Notes: generated from the sequence alone by a model not told the origin. A stretch of DNA of 64,000 bases from an uncultured delta proteobacterium (GCA_963727625.1 CAVSHR010000009.1:160001-224000); one strand, 5' to 3'. Counted from the first letter of the stretch, positions 51,108-61,619 are shown. Numbers and translations are program-made.

Positions 51108-51920
51108 ATGACCGATCTAAAATTTATCACCGCCAACATCGACGAATCCGCCGGCATCGCCTGGCTGACGCTCAACCGTCCGGAAAAGAAAAACGCACTG
51201 AGCATCGCCCTGCTCGCCGAGCTTTCGAGCACCCTCCGATCCCTCGCCGAGAACGACAAAATCCGCTGCATCGTCACCGCCGGCGCCGGCGATTCCTACT
51301 CGTCGGGGCGCGACCTCTACGACATGCGCGGGCAGAATAACCGCCGGCGCACGCGCGGTTTCGGCGGCGTTGCCGAGATTGTCGATATTATGCGCAAGCT
51401 GCCGCAAGTCACGGTCGCCAAAGTGCGCGGCTGGTGCCTGGGCGGCGGCTTGGCGTTGATCAACGGCCACGACCTCGTGATCAGCGGAGACAATGCAAAA
51501 TTCGGCATGCCCGAAGTGATCCGCGGCAGCTACGGCGCCACGGCGACGCCGTCGTTATTTCACGCCGGCATCCCGTTCAAGAAGGCGTTCTTTATTTCCC
51601 TCACCGGCAGGAATCTTACCGGCGCAGAAGCCGAACGGGTTGGATTGGTTTCGGATGTCGTGCCCGAAAAAGAGCTCGACAGTTATGTCGACACGCTGGC
51701 GCAAGAGCTCGCCAGCCGCAACGGTGCGACCCTGGAAAACGCCAAGATCGCCGCCTACATGCAAAAAGATTTACCCTTCGACATGGCCCTGCGCGCCGAC
51801 GACTTGGTGCAGCACCGGCTGCGCTACTATACCAACCCGCTGAGCGACGTCGAAGGCTATCTCCACTCGCAAAAAGGCGGCGCATCGGTCAAATACGTGA
51901 AGCCGGAAGACCGGAAGTAG
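51108..51920 (+). CDS. Enoyl-CoA hydratase/isomerase family protein
   Basis: TLNRPEKKNALS, SSGRDL, GWCLGGG, FGMPEV. Confidence 0.92.
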   Translation: MTDLKFITANIDESAGIAWLTLNRPEKKNALSIALLAELSSTLRSLAENDKIRCIVTAGAGDSYSSGRDLYDMRGQNNRRRTRGFGGVAEIVDIMRKLPQVTVAKVRGWCLGGGLALINGHDLVISGDNAKFGMPEVIRGSYGATATPSLFHAGIPFKKAFFISLTGRNLTGAEAERVGLVSDVVPEKELDSYVDTLAQELASRNGATLENAKIAAYMQKDLPFDMALRADDLVQHRLRYYTNPLSDVEGYLHSQKGGASVKYVKPEDRK

Positions 51921-51949
51921 TCCTGCTAGCGTCAAATTTGGCTGCTGCG

Positions 51950-52198
51950 TTAAATTCCCAGCCCTCGAACCCACGCGATTCGAGAAAACAGACTTTTTCT
52001 TAATCGCATTGAGTTTTCTCCTGGTTTGACGCAGCCAGTGCAGGTAATTTGATCGCGCCTGGCTGGACCCTGGTCTTTGGCATAGCCGACGAGCAGCAAG
52101 TGTTTTGAGCAAGTCGATCGATTGCACCGGAAGCAAACTCCACCAGCGAATTTTTCAAATCGCGCTGAACAAACGTGGCAGATCCAGGGAATGATCAT
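51950..52198 (-). CDS. Small Cys-rich putative zinc-finger protein
   Basis: CHVC..CFRC...CSKH...CTGC; ATGA overlap with the upstream glycosylase stop. Confidence 0.65.
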   Translation of the reverse strand: MIIPWICHVCSARFEKFAGGVCFRCNRSTCSKHLLLVGYAKDQGPARRDQITCTGCVKPGENSMRLRKSLFSRIAWVRGLGI

Positions 52199-52884
52199 TT
52201 AGTTTTTTGAAGATTCTCCAGCGATCGCCAGAGATACCAGGACGCTATCGAGCGATAGGGCCGCCAGCTCTCGGCGACACGCGGCAGCAGTGTCGTGGAT
52301 TTTCGATTCTTGCCGTAGAGCAGCCGCGCGGCGCGCTGCAGACCGGCGTCGCCAAGAGCCAACACGTCCAGCCGCTTTAAGCCGAACAGTAAAAACATCT
52401 CGGCCGTCCAACGGCCGATGCCGGGGACGATGACAAGTTTTTCGATCACTGCTTCGTCGTCAAGGGCCGTGATGGCGGAAAATTCCAGCCGGCCGTCGCT
52501 CACATGCAATGCCAATTCGCGGATGTAGCGCGCCTTCGCCTTCGACAGTCCGGCGCCGCGTAACTGCTCATCGGCCAGGGTAAGAACTTTGGCGGCTTGA
52601 CACGGCATGCCGACCAGCGCGCCGACTCGCTGTTTGATCGTCGCGGCGGCCTTGACGGACAGTTGCTGGCTGATGATCGAATTCGCCAGCATGTGAAACG
52701 GCTCGAACTCGCGCTCGGCGAGCGGGCATTGGCCGTGAATGGCGATCAGCCGTTTCATGATTGGATCGCGCCGAGCCAAGTGACGCTCGGCTTTACGAAT
52801 CACTTTCACAACTTCGGCTCGAGCTTGTTCGGAATTAGATTGGTGGGCGATCGCGGTGGCGAGCATCACAGTCGGCTTCGCCAC
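52195..52884 (-). CDS. DNA-3-methyladenine glycosylase II (AlkA-like, HhH-GPD)
   Basis: IISQQLS, GLSKAK, PGIGRWTAEMFL, WRPYRS. Confidence 0.93.
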   Translation of the reverse strand: MAKPTVMLATAIAHQSNSEQARAEVVKVIRKAERHLARRDPIMKRLIAIHGQCPLAEREFEPFHMLANSIISQQLSVKAAATIKQRVGALVGMPCQAAKVLTLADEQLRGAGLSKAKARYIRELALHVSDGRLEFSAITALDDEAVIEKLVIVPGIGRWTAEMFLLFGLKRLDVLALGDAGLQRAARLLYGKNRKSTTLLPRVAESWRPYRSIASWYLWRSLENLQKTK

Positions 52885-55292
52885 TATTTGAGCACCTGGC
52901 GCTCGACGAGATCCTGGATCTCCGCGCTCGACATGCCGAGAATTTCGCCGAGCACGGTTTCATTGTCTTCGCCTGCGACATGGGTAAAGCTGCGCGGCGC
53001 AAAGGTTTGCCCCGCCAGGCGCACCGAGGGGCCGGCGCGGGTCACCCAACCGATCTGCGGATGAAAGACTTCGCGGGCAAAGCCCCGCTCGCGCAAATGC
53101 GGGTCGCGATAGAGATCCTCGGCGGTTTGCACCGCGCCGGCGGCGATCCCCTGGCGCTGCAACATCATCATCAGCTGATGCGGCGTATATTGGGCGGTCC
53201 ACTTACCGATCCAATAATCCAACTCCTCGCGATAGGCCACCCGGGAGGCCGGTTCGGCAAATCGGTGGTCCGACAACCACTCGCGATGGCCGGCAAACTC
53301 GCAGAAACGAATCCACTCCTCTTGGGTTTCGATCACAATCGCACACCAGCGATCGTCTCCCTTGCAACGGTAACAGCCATGCGGTGCGGCGGTGGCGCTG
53401 AAGTTTCCTTGGGGCTGAGGCTCACGGCCATTGACCAAATACTCTAATAACGCCGGTCCGATCATCGACGCAGCGGTTTCCGCCTGGGAGATATCGATAT
53501 ACTGACCATTGCCAGTGCGCTGGCGGTAGTGCAGCGCGGCAAGAATCGCCAGCGTGCCGTAGGACGGCGCGATGTAATCAGGAAATGCCGTCTGGCAACC
53601 GGCGCCCGGACGCTCGATTCCCGGATCGCGCCACAGGTAGGCCATGCCGGAATAAGACATGAGAATCGGCCCAAAGCTCACATAGTCGCGCCGCGGCCCG
53701 GTCTGGCCGAATGCTTGGAGGCTCGCCATGATGATCTCGGGCCGGATCTCCTTCACCCGCGCATAATCGAGGCCCCAGCTTGCCATTACCCGCGCGCTAA
53801 AATTCTCGACGACCACGTCGGACTTGGCGATGAGCCGTTTTGCCAGCGCGACTCCTTCCGGGTGTTTCATATCGATGACGATCCGGCGCCGTCCGCGATT
53901 GCTCTCGAGATCAGAGGCGATTTGGAACTTCTGGCCGCGCTGCGGACTGCGCGCGACGCGGCTGGCTTCGATCGAAATAACCTCGGCCCCATGCTCGGCC
54001 AGTAGCGCCCCGAGCGCGGGGCCGACGACGCCGGTGGGAAAACTGATGACGCGGACGCCTTCGAAAAGATTGTTTCCTGCCGCCGGTGCCGCGTTAACGC
54101 CGCGGCTTTCGTTAAGCCAGGCCGATGGTTGGGCCAGCTCCCGCCCGATTTGCACCTGGTGCTCGCCGAGCAGTGGCGCGCCCCGCTCGATGCGCCAAGG
54201 ACTCTCGGAGAACCGATAAGGATCGCCTGGAAAGCTATGGCGGCCGAGACGCGGGTGGTCCACTGTGGCGAGGTAGTTTCGGTGTTGCGTCTGTTCGTCG
54301 GCGAGAAATGCGCTCGGCGGGTTGATTGGTGCGGCCGCCAGTCGCAGTGACTGAAACTCCTCGAAGAATTTTTTGACTTCGTAATTGAGCGTTCGCGCTT
54401 CCACGAGCCGGTCGATTTGCTCGCGCAGCGGAAACCGGTTCTGGACGTTTTCCAGCTTGGGATCGAGCAGTTCCGACGGCCGGCCCAGCCATTCGACAAA
54501 GCGGCGCCAGTGATCCGGCTGGTTGACAAAGATACGCGCATAGCCGTCGCGGCATTGGTAGGTTTCCGCAACCGTGGTTGACTGACTGTGGCCGGTGCGC
54601 GCAGGGATTTCACCGGTGGTGCTGTAACGCGTCATGATGCGCAGAAACGGGTCGGCGGCCAGGACATCTTGCAGCGACACCTCGACATGCTCGCCTCGCC
54701 CGGTGACGCGACGGTTGTACAGCGCCACTAGAGTACCGAAGGCGGCGTGCACCGAGCCCAAATGGTACGCGACGTCGCATGGTCCCATAAGCGGCGCCCG
54801 GCTCGGATGGCCGCAAAGATTCATCAAACCGCCCATCGCGAAAGCCACGATGTTAAGGGCTTTGAAATCGCGATAGGGCCCTGATTGCCCGAAGCCGTTG
54901 ATCGAGGTTAAGACCAGTGTTGGATTGACGGACTGAAGAGTCAGATAGCCAAGGCCGTGACGGTCAAGGTAGCCGGCCGGTTTGTCCTCAATGAGCACAT
55001 CCGCTTCATGGACAAGATTGCGCAGGTGCCGGCGGTCCCCATCGTCTTCCAAGTTTAAGACGGTGCCCCGTTTGTTCGTGTGAAAAGACGCGAAAGAAAG
55101 ACTTTGCTCGGGATCGGCCTGGTCGTTTTTAAACGGCCCTTCCGCCCGCATGGGATCGCCGCCGGGCGGTTCGATCAGAATCACTTCGGCGCCGAGGTTG
55201 GCGAGCAACAGGCCGCAGTATCCGCCCATCCGTCCCGTATAATCCAGGACGCGCAGACCGCTCAGCGCCCCCTTGGCGGCTTCAGTAGACAT
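52884..55292 (-). CDS. Two-domain (fused) CaiB/BaiF CoA-transferase
   Basis: Two repeats of the GAEVI / N..(K/R)R / GFGQ.GP motifs over 802 aa. Confidence 0.92.
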   Translation of the reverse strand: MSTEAAKGALSGLRVLDYTGRMGGYCGLLLANLGAEVILIEPPGGDPMRAEGPFKNDQADPEQSLSFASFHTNKRGTVLNLEDDGDRRHLRNLVHEADVLIEDKPAGYLDRHGLGYLTLQSVNPTLVLTSINGFGQSGPYRDFKALNIVAFAMGGLMNLCGHPSRAPLMGPCDVAYHLGSVHAAFGTLVALYNRRVTGRGEHVEVSLQDVLAADPFLRIMTRYSTTGEIPARTGHSQSTTVAETYQCRDGYARIFVNQPDHWRRFVEWLGRPSELLDPKLENVQNRFPLREQIDRLVEARTLNYEVKKFFEEFQSLRLAAAPINPPSAFLADEQTQHRNYLATVDHPRLGRHSFPGDPYRFSESPWRIERGAPLLGEHQVQIGRELAQPSAWLNESRGVNAAPAAGNNLFEGVRVISFPTGVVGPALGALLAEHGAEVISIEASRVARSPQRGQKFQIASDLESNRGRRRIVIDMKHPEGVALAKRLIAKSDVVVENFSARVMASWGLDYARVKEIRPEIIMASLQAFGQTGPRRDYVSFGPILMSYSGMAYLWRDPGIERPGAGCQTAFPDYIAPSYGTLAILAALHYRQRTGNGQYIDISQAETAASMIGPALLEYLVNGREPQPQGNFSATAAPHGCYRCKGDDRWCAIVIETQEEWIRFCEFAGHREWLSDHRFAEPASRVAYREELDYWIGKWTAQYTPHQLMMMLQRQGIAAGAVQTAEDLYRDPHLRERGFAREVFHPQIGWVTRAGPSVRLAGQTFAPRSFTHVAGEDNETVLGEILGMSSAEIQDLVERQVLK

Positions 55293-55641
55293 CGTAGAGC
55301 TCCATCGTTGGTTAACCGAAGGTGGTGTTTCGAGTATATTTGCACAAGGCTATCGGAGACAAGAGGCGCCGGCTTGTCGTCAATCGACAATACCTGCACG
55401 TCGTCAGACAACCTTGGCCGACTTAGAATTTACCAAAACACAGCTTCTACGGCGGCGATTGGATTCAGGCGCCGTAGATTTGACACAATTCATTCCGCTG
55501 GAGAAAAGCACGATCAGGCGTAAGGCTGCCGACGGATGGATTCGCGTAAAAATTAGGCGCTCACAAATTTCGCTGAACCGTTGCCGCACGCGACGAGGAT
55601 GTTGTCGTGCGGTTGGGCGCGCGAGTTTTAGCCGGTAGCAA

Positions 55642-57156
55642 CTAAGGCTGAACGGCGGGGATCGGCGTGCCGTTGGTGTCAAAAATTTCCACTTTGCCGT
55701 AATGATCGAGAATGCTTTTGATCTTGCTCGCATCACCGACGACGACTAGTTGCAACGCGCCTGGGTCTAAATATTTGCGCGCCACCCGTTGCACGTCATC
55801 TGCCGTAACGGCCATGATCTTGGCGGCATAGGTATCCCAATAGTCGGCGGCGAAACTATACTCTTTGATGATGATCGCAAAGCCAAGCACCCGCGTCGGC
55901 TGTTCGAGCGAGAGCGCAAAGCTCGCCGCGATGGCGCGCTTGCTCGCTTCGAGTTCCACCGCCGTGACTTTTTCGTCGCGCATGCGGCGGATCTCGTTAA
56001 AAAATTCAACCAGCGCGCCTTCAGTAACCTCAGTGCGCATGTTACCGGCGGCGCGCCAGGGCCCCGGATAACGCTGCGCGCTGAAATCGCTGTAGACACC
56101 GTAAGTATAGCCTTTTCCCTCGCGCAGATTGAGAAATAATCGAGAAGAAACGCCGCCGCCGATCACGTAATTCATCACCACCATCGCCATATAATCGCGG
56201 CTACGCCGATCGATGGCAATGTTGCCCAGTGCCACCGCAGTTTGGACTGAGTTGGGCCGATTGACCAGCAGTACTCGGCGCGCTCTTGCCGGCGCGGGGT
56301 CGCGCGGCCAGACCTGTTTCGGACCGCTCTTTTTCCAAACCGCCAGCCGTTTTTCCAATTTTCCGATTAACTCTTTCGCGTGCACGTCCCCGGCAATACC
56401 CAGGATCGCATTCTGTGGCGCGTAACGATTGCGGTGCCAGCGTTCCAGTGTTTCCCGGTTAAACCGGTCGATCGAGGCTAAACTCGGCGCCACGTTGGCT
56501 GCCGGATGGTCGCCGTAGACCGCGCGGTTAAAGCGCTCCCTAATGAGAAACCCCGACGAAGACCGCTGTTGGCGCAGCTGTGCTCGCTGACGCTGCTTGA
56601 GCTTTTCAAGCTCGTCGGCGGGAAAACTCGGATGGAGCAGGATATCGACAACGATGTCGAGCCATGCATCGAAGTTGTCGCTCAAACCCGACGCACTCAA
56701 CACCGTGTCCGGCGCGCCAAACGAAGAACCGGCGCCGATCGCCGCACCAAGCCGGTCGATCGCTTCAGCGATCTGCACGCTCGTGCGCGTTTTCGTACCC
56801 TCGCGAAGCATGAGCGCGGTCGTGTTGGCCAATCCGGTCGCATCGGCCGGCTCGAATAACGCGCCGGCACCTCCGATATGCAACTGCAAGTTGACATAGG
56901 GCGCCCGGCGGTCTTCGAGAATTAAAACGGTCAATCCGTTTTTAAGCTTCGTTTCGATCGGCCGCGGCAATTTCGCCCGCAAGATTTCGTGCGACACCGG
57001 CGCCTGATTTTTGCGCTCGACCTTGCTGGGAGACGGAGCAACCGGCTCCTGGCTCTGCAGCAGCGGCGCCGCCGTCAAGAACAAAAGTGCCACGAGCGCG
57101 AGGCTGAATTTAATATTCAACCCGAACCGCGCGAGAGTTTTCCTAAAGGTCTTCAT
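55642..57156 (-). CDS. M16 (pitrilysin) peptidase, inactive subunit
   Basis: LKNGL, SSRLFLNLREGKGYTYG; HxxEH replaced by NTTAL. Confidence 0.9.
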   Translation of the reverse strand: MKTFRKTLARFGLNIKFSLALVALLFLTAAPLLQSQEPVAPSPSKVERKNQAPVSHEILRAKLPRPIETKLKNGLTVLILEDRRAPYVNLQLHIGGAGALFEPADATGLANTTALMLREGTKTRTSVQIAEAIDRLGAAIGAGSSFGAPDTVLSASGLSDNFDAWLDIVVDILLHPSFPADELEKLKQRQRAQLRQQRSSSGFLIRERFNRAVYGDHPAANVAPSLASIDRFNRETLERWHRNRYAPQNAILGIAGDVHAKELIGKLEKRLAVWKKSGPKQVWPRDPAPARARRVLLVNRPNSVQTAVALGNIAIDRRSRDYMAMVVMNYVIGGGVSSRLFLNLREGKGYTYGVYSDFSAQRYPGPWRAAGNMRTEVTEGALVEFFNEIRRMRDEKVTAVELEASKRAIAASFALSLEQPTRVLGFAIIIKEYSFAADYWDTYAAKIMAVTADDVQRVARKYLDPGALQLVVVGDASKIKSILDHYGKVEIFDTNGTPIPAVQP

Positions 57157-57162
57157 TGACGT

Positions 57163-58605
57163 TTAGCGTTCGCCGGGCGATTTCGGCATGGTGATCACGA
57201 CCGTGCGCCGGTTGGGCTTGAAGTACTGACGCGCCACTCGTTGCAGGTCCGCGACCGTGACGCGTTCGTATTTAGACCAGATTGTATTGATCAAATGCGG
57301 ATCGTTGTAATAAATCGCAAAATGACCCAGCGCATTGGCGCGCGAGCGGGAGCTATAGAGCCGCTGCGCCCGCTGGCGCCGCAGCTGCATCTGGACTTTT
57401 TTGAGCTCCCAATCCGCCACCGGCTGATTTTGCAACCGTGCGATCTCGTCGCCCAAAAGATTTTCAAGCTCGCCAAGCTCGGCGCCCGGCCGGGCCATGA
57501 TGCTAAACCAGAATAGTGAAGGCCCGCGCTGTTCATTGGTGTCGGCGTCGACCCTCAGCGCCAGCTCCTTTTCTTTGACAAACTTCTGATAGAGCCGCGA
57601 CGACACTCCGTTCGACAGCACGCTGCCGAGCATGTCGAGCGCATACCAATCGGGCGTATTGCCCGGGGGGATTTTGTAGACGATGTCCAACCGCGCTGTC
57701 CGGGCGAAGACGTCCTCGACGACCTTGCGCCGCTCGGCGGTTTGCTCGGGTTCGGTCGTCTCCGGCAGGGCCGGCGGCGATTGCGCCGGAATCTTTTCGA
57801 AATATTTTTTGATCAAACCGAGCGCGACCTCGGTATTAAAATCGCCGACGAGAGATAATGCCGCGTTGTTAGGCGCATAATAGGTGCGAAAAAATTCCTC
57901 CGCCTCCTCGACCGTCGCGGCGTTCAGGTCTTGCATCGAACCAATGGTGGAGTGTTTGTAGGAAAATTGATCGTAGGCCAAATCGATGACCGCCTCGTAG
58001 GTCTTGCCGTAGGGGCGGTTGTCGGTTCTTTGCCGGCGCTCCTCCTGCACGGTCAGGCGTTGGTTGTCGAAGTTCGCCTGGGTGATATTCGGCGCACGCA
58101 TCCGGTCAGCCTCGAGAAAAATCCCGAGCTCCAGCTGGTTCGCCGGCAGGGTCTCGAAATAATTGGTGCGGTCTGCGTTGGTCGTGCCGTTGGCGCTGCC
58201 GCCGTTGTTTTGCACCAGAATGAAATGCTCGCCCTTGCCGACATTCTCCGAACCTTGAAACAGCAGATGCTCGAAGAGATGGGCGAAGCCGGTGCGGCCG
58301 GGCTTTTCGTCGCGCGAGCCGACGTTGTAGGTGACACAGATCGAATAAGTCGGCGCGCGGTGGTCTTCGGCGAGCAAAACTCGCAAACCGTTTTTAAGCT
58401 TGAATTCCTTGAAAGCCAGATCGTAAGAGTTTGACCGCTGCGCCGTTTTTGCCGCCGGACGGACCTTGGTCGGATGAAGTCGCCGTTTGGCGTTTTTCGA
58501 TTGGGCCGCGTCACCGGCAAAAGGCAGGGCGATAAGCCCCGCGACCAGCCACGTCGCAGACAAGTTCACACACCATTGGGCCCAAGAAATTACCCGAGAA
58601 AACAA
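57163..58605 (-). CDS. M16 (pitrilysin) zinc peptidase, active subunit
   Basis: GFAHLFEH, NGTT, EADRM, YYAPNNA. Confidence 0.93.
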   Translation of the reverse strand: MFSRVISWAQWCVNLSATWLVAGLIALPFAGDAAQSKNAKRRLHPTKVRPAAKTAQRSNSYDLAFKEFKLKNGLRVLLAEDHRAPTYSICVTYNVGSRDEKPGRTGFAHLFEHLLFQGSENVGKGEHFILVQNNGGSANGTTNADRTNYFETLPANQLELGIFLEADRMRAPNITQANFDNQRLTVQEERRQRTDNRPYGKTYEAVIDLAYDQFSYKHSTIGSMQDLNAATVEEAEEFFRTYYAPNNAALSLVGDFNTEVALGLIKKYFEKIPAQSPPALPETTEPEQTAERRKVVEDVFARTARLDIVYKIPPGNTPDWYALDMLGSVLSNGVSSRLYQKFVKEKELALRVDADTNEQRGPSLFWFSIMARPGAELGELENLLGDEIARLQNQPVADWELKKVQMQLRRQRAQRLYSSRSRANALGHFAIYYNDPHLINTIWSKYERVTVADLQRVARQYFKPNRRTVVITMPKSPGER

Positions 58606-58705
58606 TTCATCGCTCCCGCAGAACCAGGCTTCCTTCCAATCTCATCCCTTGTACCATCATTCAGCGCGACAAGGAAATTAGCACCGCTCGCCGACAACCG
58701 GGAAA

Positions 58706-58729
58706 CCGTTGACAGCCCGGCGTCAACGG
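58706..58729. promoter_or_regulatory. Perfect 8-bp inverted repeat (operator or back-to-back -35 boxes) between divergent genes
   Basis: CCGTTGAC-N8-GTCAACGG. Confidence 0.45.
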
Positions 58730-58778
58730 CATATGGGAAGGTTCGAGGCTGGTCAAATTTCAAAAACGGAGGTCAACA

Positions 58779-59516
58779 ATGAAAAATTCCTGGGCAACGG
58801 TGCCCGTCGATCAAAGCCCCATGCGTTTATACTTAAGCGAACCGGATGGCAGCGGTCCGTTTCCGGCCATCGTGGTGATCCAGAATCAGGATGGAGTCAC
58901 CGAGTTCACTCAAGAAATGACCCGCAGAGTCGCCGAGGCCGGTTACGTCGCCATCGCCCCGGAGCTCTATCATCGCGAAGGCGAGCCTAAATCTCCCGAA
59001 CAGGTCGCCAACCTAAAACACATGCGCCGGGACGCCAATGTTCTCAACGACATCAACGCCACGATCACTTTTTTGCGCGGCTGCGCCAACGTCAACACTG
59101 CAAAGCTGGGCATCGTCGGCTTCTGCATGGGCGGGCGCGTGGCGTTTTTAATGGCGGCAGCGGGCCCTGCGTTCAGCGCCGCAGTGGATTTTTACGGCGG
59201 TGGCGTCTATTCGCAATGGGGCGACCGCCCGGCGCCGTCGGAGCTTGTGGCCAATGTTTCCTGCCCGCTACAGGGCCACTTCGGTGAGCTCGATAAGAAT
59301 CCGCCGCCCGATGAGATGCGCAAGCTCGACGCCGAGTTGACTCGATTGGCCAAGGAACATGAGTTCTTTTTCTACGACGACTGCCCGCACGGCTTTAACA
59401 AAAAAGGCTGGAAAGGCTATCGGCCCGAGGCTGACGCCATATCTTGGGCACGGAGTCTGGAATTTTTCTCCAAACACCTGGGCGACACGGTTGCCAAAAA
59501 ATCTGCCGCCGGCTAA
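58779..59516 (+). CDS. Dienelactone hydrolase family protein
   Basis: GFCMGG nucleophile elbow, FYGG, GELD, HGF. Confidence 0.93.
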   Translation: MKNSWATVPVDQSPMRLYLSEPDGSGPFPAIVVIQNQDGVTEFTQEMTRRVAEAGYVAIAPELYHREGEPKSPEQVANLKHMRRDANVLNDINATITFLRGCANVNTAKLGIVGFCMGGRVAFLMAAAGPAFSAAVDFYGGGVYSQWGDRPAPSELVANVSCPLQGHFGELDKNPPPDEMRKLDAELTRLAKEHEFFFYDDCPHGFNKKGWKGYRPEADAISWARSLEFFSKHLGDTVAKKSAAG

Positions 59517-59531
59517 ACGAAGCAAAAGGCC

Positions 59532-59843
59532 ATGGTAATAAAAGCGTTCCTGCGCGCGAGGGGCGCGCTATTCATAGCGTCTGCGGCTCTGGTCGCCGAA
59601 TCCAAGGTGCTCAACATCGGTTGAAGCGAGGGATCGAGTTGGACGGCGCTGCCGGACCGCATCGCTACCGAGCGCGGTTTCTTCGAGAAAGAAGGCCTCA
59701 AGGTTTGCTACATCCAGTTTCAGGGCACCAACCTGATGCTCAGCGTGCTGATGGCCAACGAACTCGACTATGTCACGATCCTGCCCTTCATCGCCGGCGC
59801 CGGCAGTCCCGACGCGCGCTTCGTCGAGCGTGCCCAGAAGTGA
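59532..59843 (+). pseudogene. NitT/TauT substrate-binding protein remnant (nonsense codon and internal deletion)
   Basis: VLNIG*SEGSSWTALPDRIATERGFFEKEGL..., then jumps to DARFVERAQK*; about 100 codons. Confidence 0.7.
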
Positions 59844-59930
59844 CCTAGCTTAAATCCATTCCGCAGCGAACCGCCGAAAATAAAGCGACCGCACGGAGAG
59901 TTGCTGCACAGCGCAGCTGATACCGCCGCT

Positions 59931-61619
59931 TTAATTCTCGCGCGCATGCGGTTTCAAGATCTTTCCCGGCAGTGCTCCCGTGGCCCCGCCGTTTTCAATG
60001 ACCACTTCGCCATTGACGATCGTGTACGGAACTCCTACGGCGTTTTGAATCATGCGTGTTTCATTGCCGGGCAGATCCTGAACGTACTCGGGCTCCAGCG
60101 TATTGACGGTCGCGGCGTCGAAGACCGCAATATCGGCGGCGTAGCCGGGCTGTAGCAAGCCCCGGTCGCTCAGGCCGAAAATCGACGCGACGCGAAAGGT
60201 GAGCTTGTTCACAGCCTCTTCCAAACTCATGATGCCGCAGTCGCGCACCCAGCGGCCGAGGAATGCCGTGGCGTAACCGAATCGTGCATCGTAACCCATG
60301 TGCGCGCCGGCGTCGGACTGACCGATCATCACCGCCGGATGTTTGAGGATTTCGCATACCGCGTTGGGGTCTCCCTGAGTGTTCGTGTGCACGAAACGAG
60401 TTTCGAGATCCTCTTCGAGCGACAGATCCAGAAAGAAATCGAGACCGTCCTTGCCTTGAGCCGCGGCAATCTCCTGCACAGATCTCTTTTCCAAAGATTT
60501 ATTCTTGACGAGCTTCACGTGATCGACGAAGATGACGTCCCAACGCCGCGGAAACACCGACGGTGACTGATCCGCAATCGCCTCGGCGTAGAGTTTCTTC
60601 CTGACTTCGGGATCGGCGAACATCTGCTTGCGCGCCGGCACCGGACCGAACATCGCTGCCTTCCAGGTGGGAAATTCATCGAAGCACTGAGCGTCGAGCA
60701 GCGTGTAGCGGTTTTGAAACGGTTTGGCCTGGGTCATGGCATAAATCGGCAACCCTTCGTCTTTAATCACCTTGGCGGTGGCTTCCAGCATGCCCTTCCA
60801 TTGAACGGGCCGGCTCCAGCTATGGCTGATGCTCTGCCACAGGACCGGCCTTCCGGTGCGCCGCGCCATGTCCGCTGCGTAGGCGATACGTCCGCGTGAG
60901 TCCGCGCCGCCGCCGCTTAACTGCACCACCCCCGAATTCATTTCACCTAGGACATCGAGCAACGAGCCCAGCTCCTCGTCCGACGCGAGCCGGCTGGCGA
61001 CCGGCTTCTTGTCCTCCCGGACATGGCGGGGATTCTGATTGGTGGAAAAACCCACGGCGCCCGCCTCCATGCCCGCGCGTACCAAATCTTTCATCTTGGC
61101 GATTTCTTCCGACGTCGCCTGGCGCTCCACCGCATCTTCGCCCATGACATAGTGGCGCACGGCGATATGGCCCACCAATGCCGCGGCGTTGACGCCGAGA
61201 CGCGTACCCAAGGCGTTGAGATACTCACCGGTCGAAGTCCATTTCCACTGAATGCCTTCTTCGAGCACGCGCCGGCTGATTGCCTCGACACGCACGAAAC
61301 TTTTAATCACCGCGTCGCGATCTTCAGGCTTCGCCGGCGCTAGACTCAAACCGCAGTTGCCGACGACCACGGAGGTTACGCCGTGAAAACAAGACGAGGT
61401 GCCGAGCGGGTCCCAAAACAATTGCGCGTCGAGGTGGGTATGCGGGTCGATGAATCCCGGCGCCACAGCCAAGCCGTCGAGCTTGAGTGTGCGTTTGGCA
61501 GCGTTGTTGAGACGGCCGATTTCAACAATCTTACCGTCCTTAATACCGACGTCGCCGTGGTAACCCGCCATTCCTGAGCCGTCGTATATCCTGCCGTTTT
61601 TCAGTAACAGATCGAACAT
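59931..61619 (-). CDS. N-acyl-D-amino-acid deacylase family amidohydrolase
   Basis: IYDGSG, APGFIDPHTHLD, GNCG, SDAGAH, DRGLL..GYAAD. Confidence 0.93.
   Translation of the reverse strand: MFDLLLKNGRIYDGSGMAGYHGDVGIKDGKIVEIGRLNNAAKRTLKLDGLAVAPGFIDPHTHLDAQLFWDPLGTSSCFHGVTSVVVGNCGLSLAPAKPEDRDAVIKSFVRVEAISRRVLEEGIQWKWTSTGEYLNALGTRLGVNAAALVGHIAVRHYVMGEDAVERQATSEEIAKMKDLVRAGMEAGAVGFSTNQNPRHVREDKKPVASRLASDEELGSLLDVLGEMNSGVVQLSGGGADSRGRIAYAADMARRTGRPVLWQSISHSWSRPVQWKGMLEATAKVIKDEGLPIYAMTQAKPFQNRYTLLDAQCFDEFPTWKAAMFGPVPARKQMFADPEVRKKLYAEAIADQSPSVFPRRWDVIFVDHVKLVKNKSLEKRSVQEIAAAQGKDGLDFFLDLSLEEDLETRFVHTNTQGDPNAVCEILKHPAVMIGQSDAGAHMGYDARFGYATAFLGRWVRDCGIMSLEEAVNKLTFRVASIFGLSDRGLLQPGYAADIAVFDAATVNTLEPEYVQDLPGNETRMIQNAVGVPYTIVNGEVVIENGGATGALPGKILKPHAREN

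Noticed and set aside
59622-59624. In-frame TGA in an SBP gene as a third selenocysteine
   Set aside because: The context (VLNIG*S) fits a TGG-to-TGA nonsense change, the gene has a large internal deletion, the family has no redox Cys here, and I saw no comparable hairpin 13 nt downstream.
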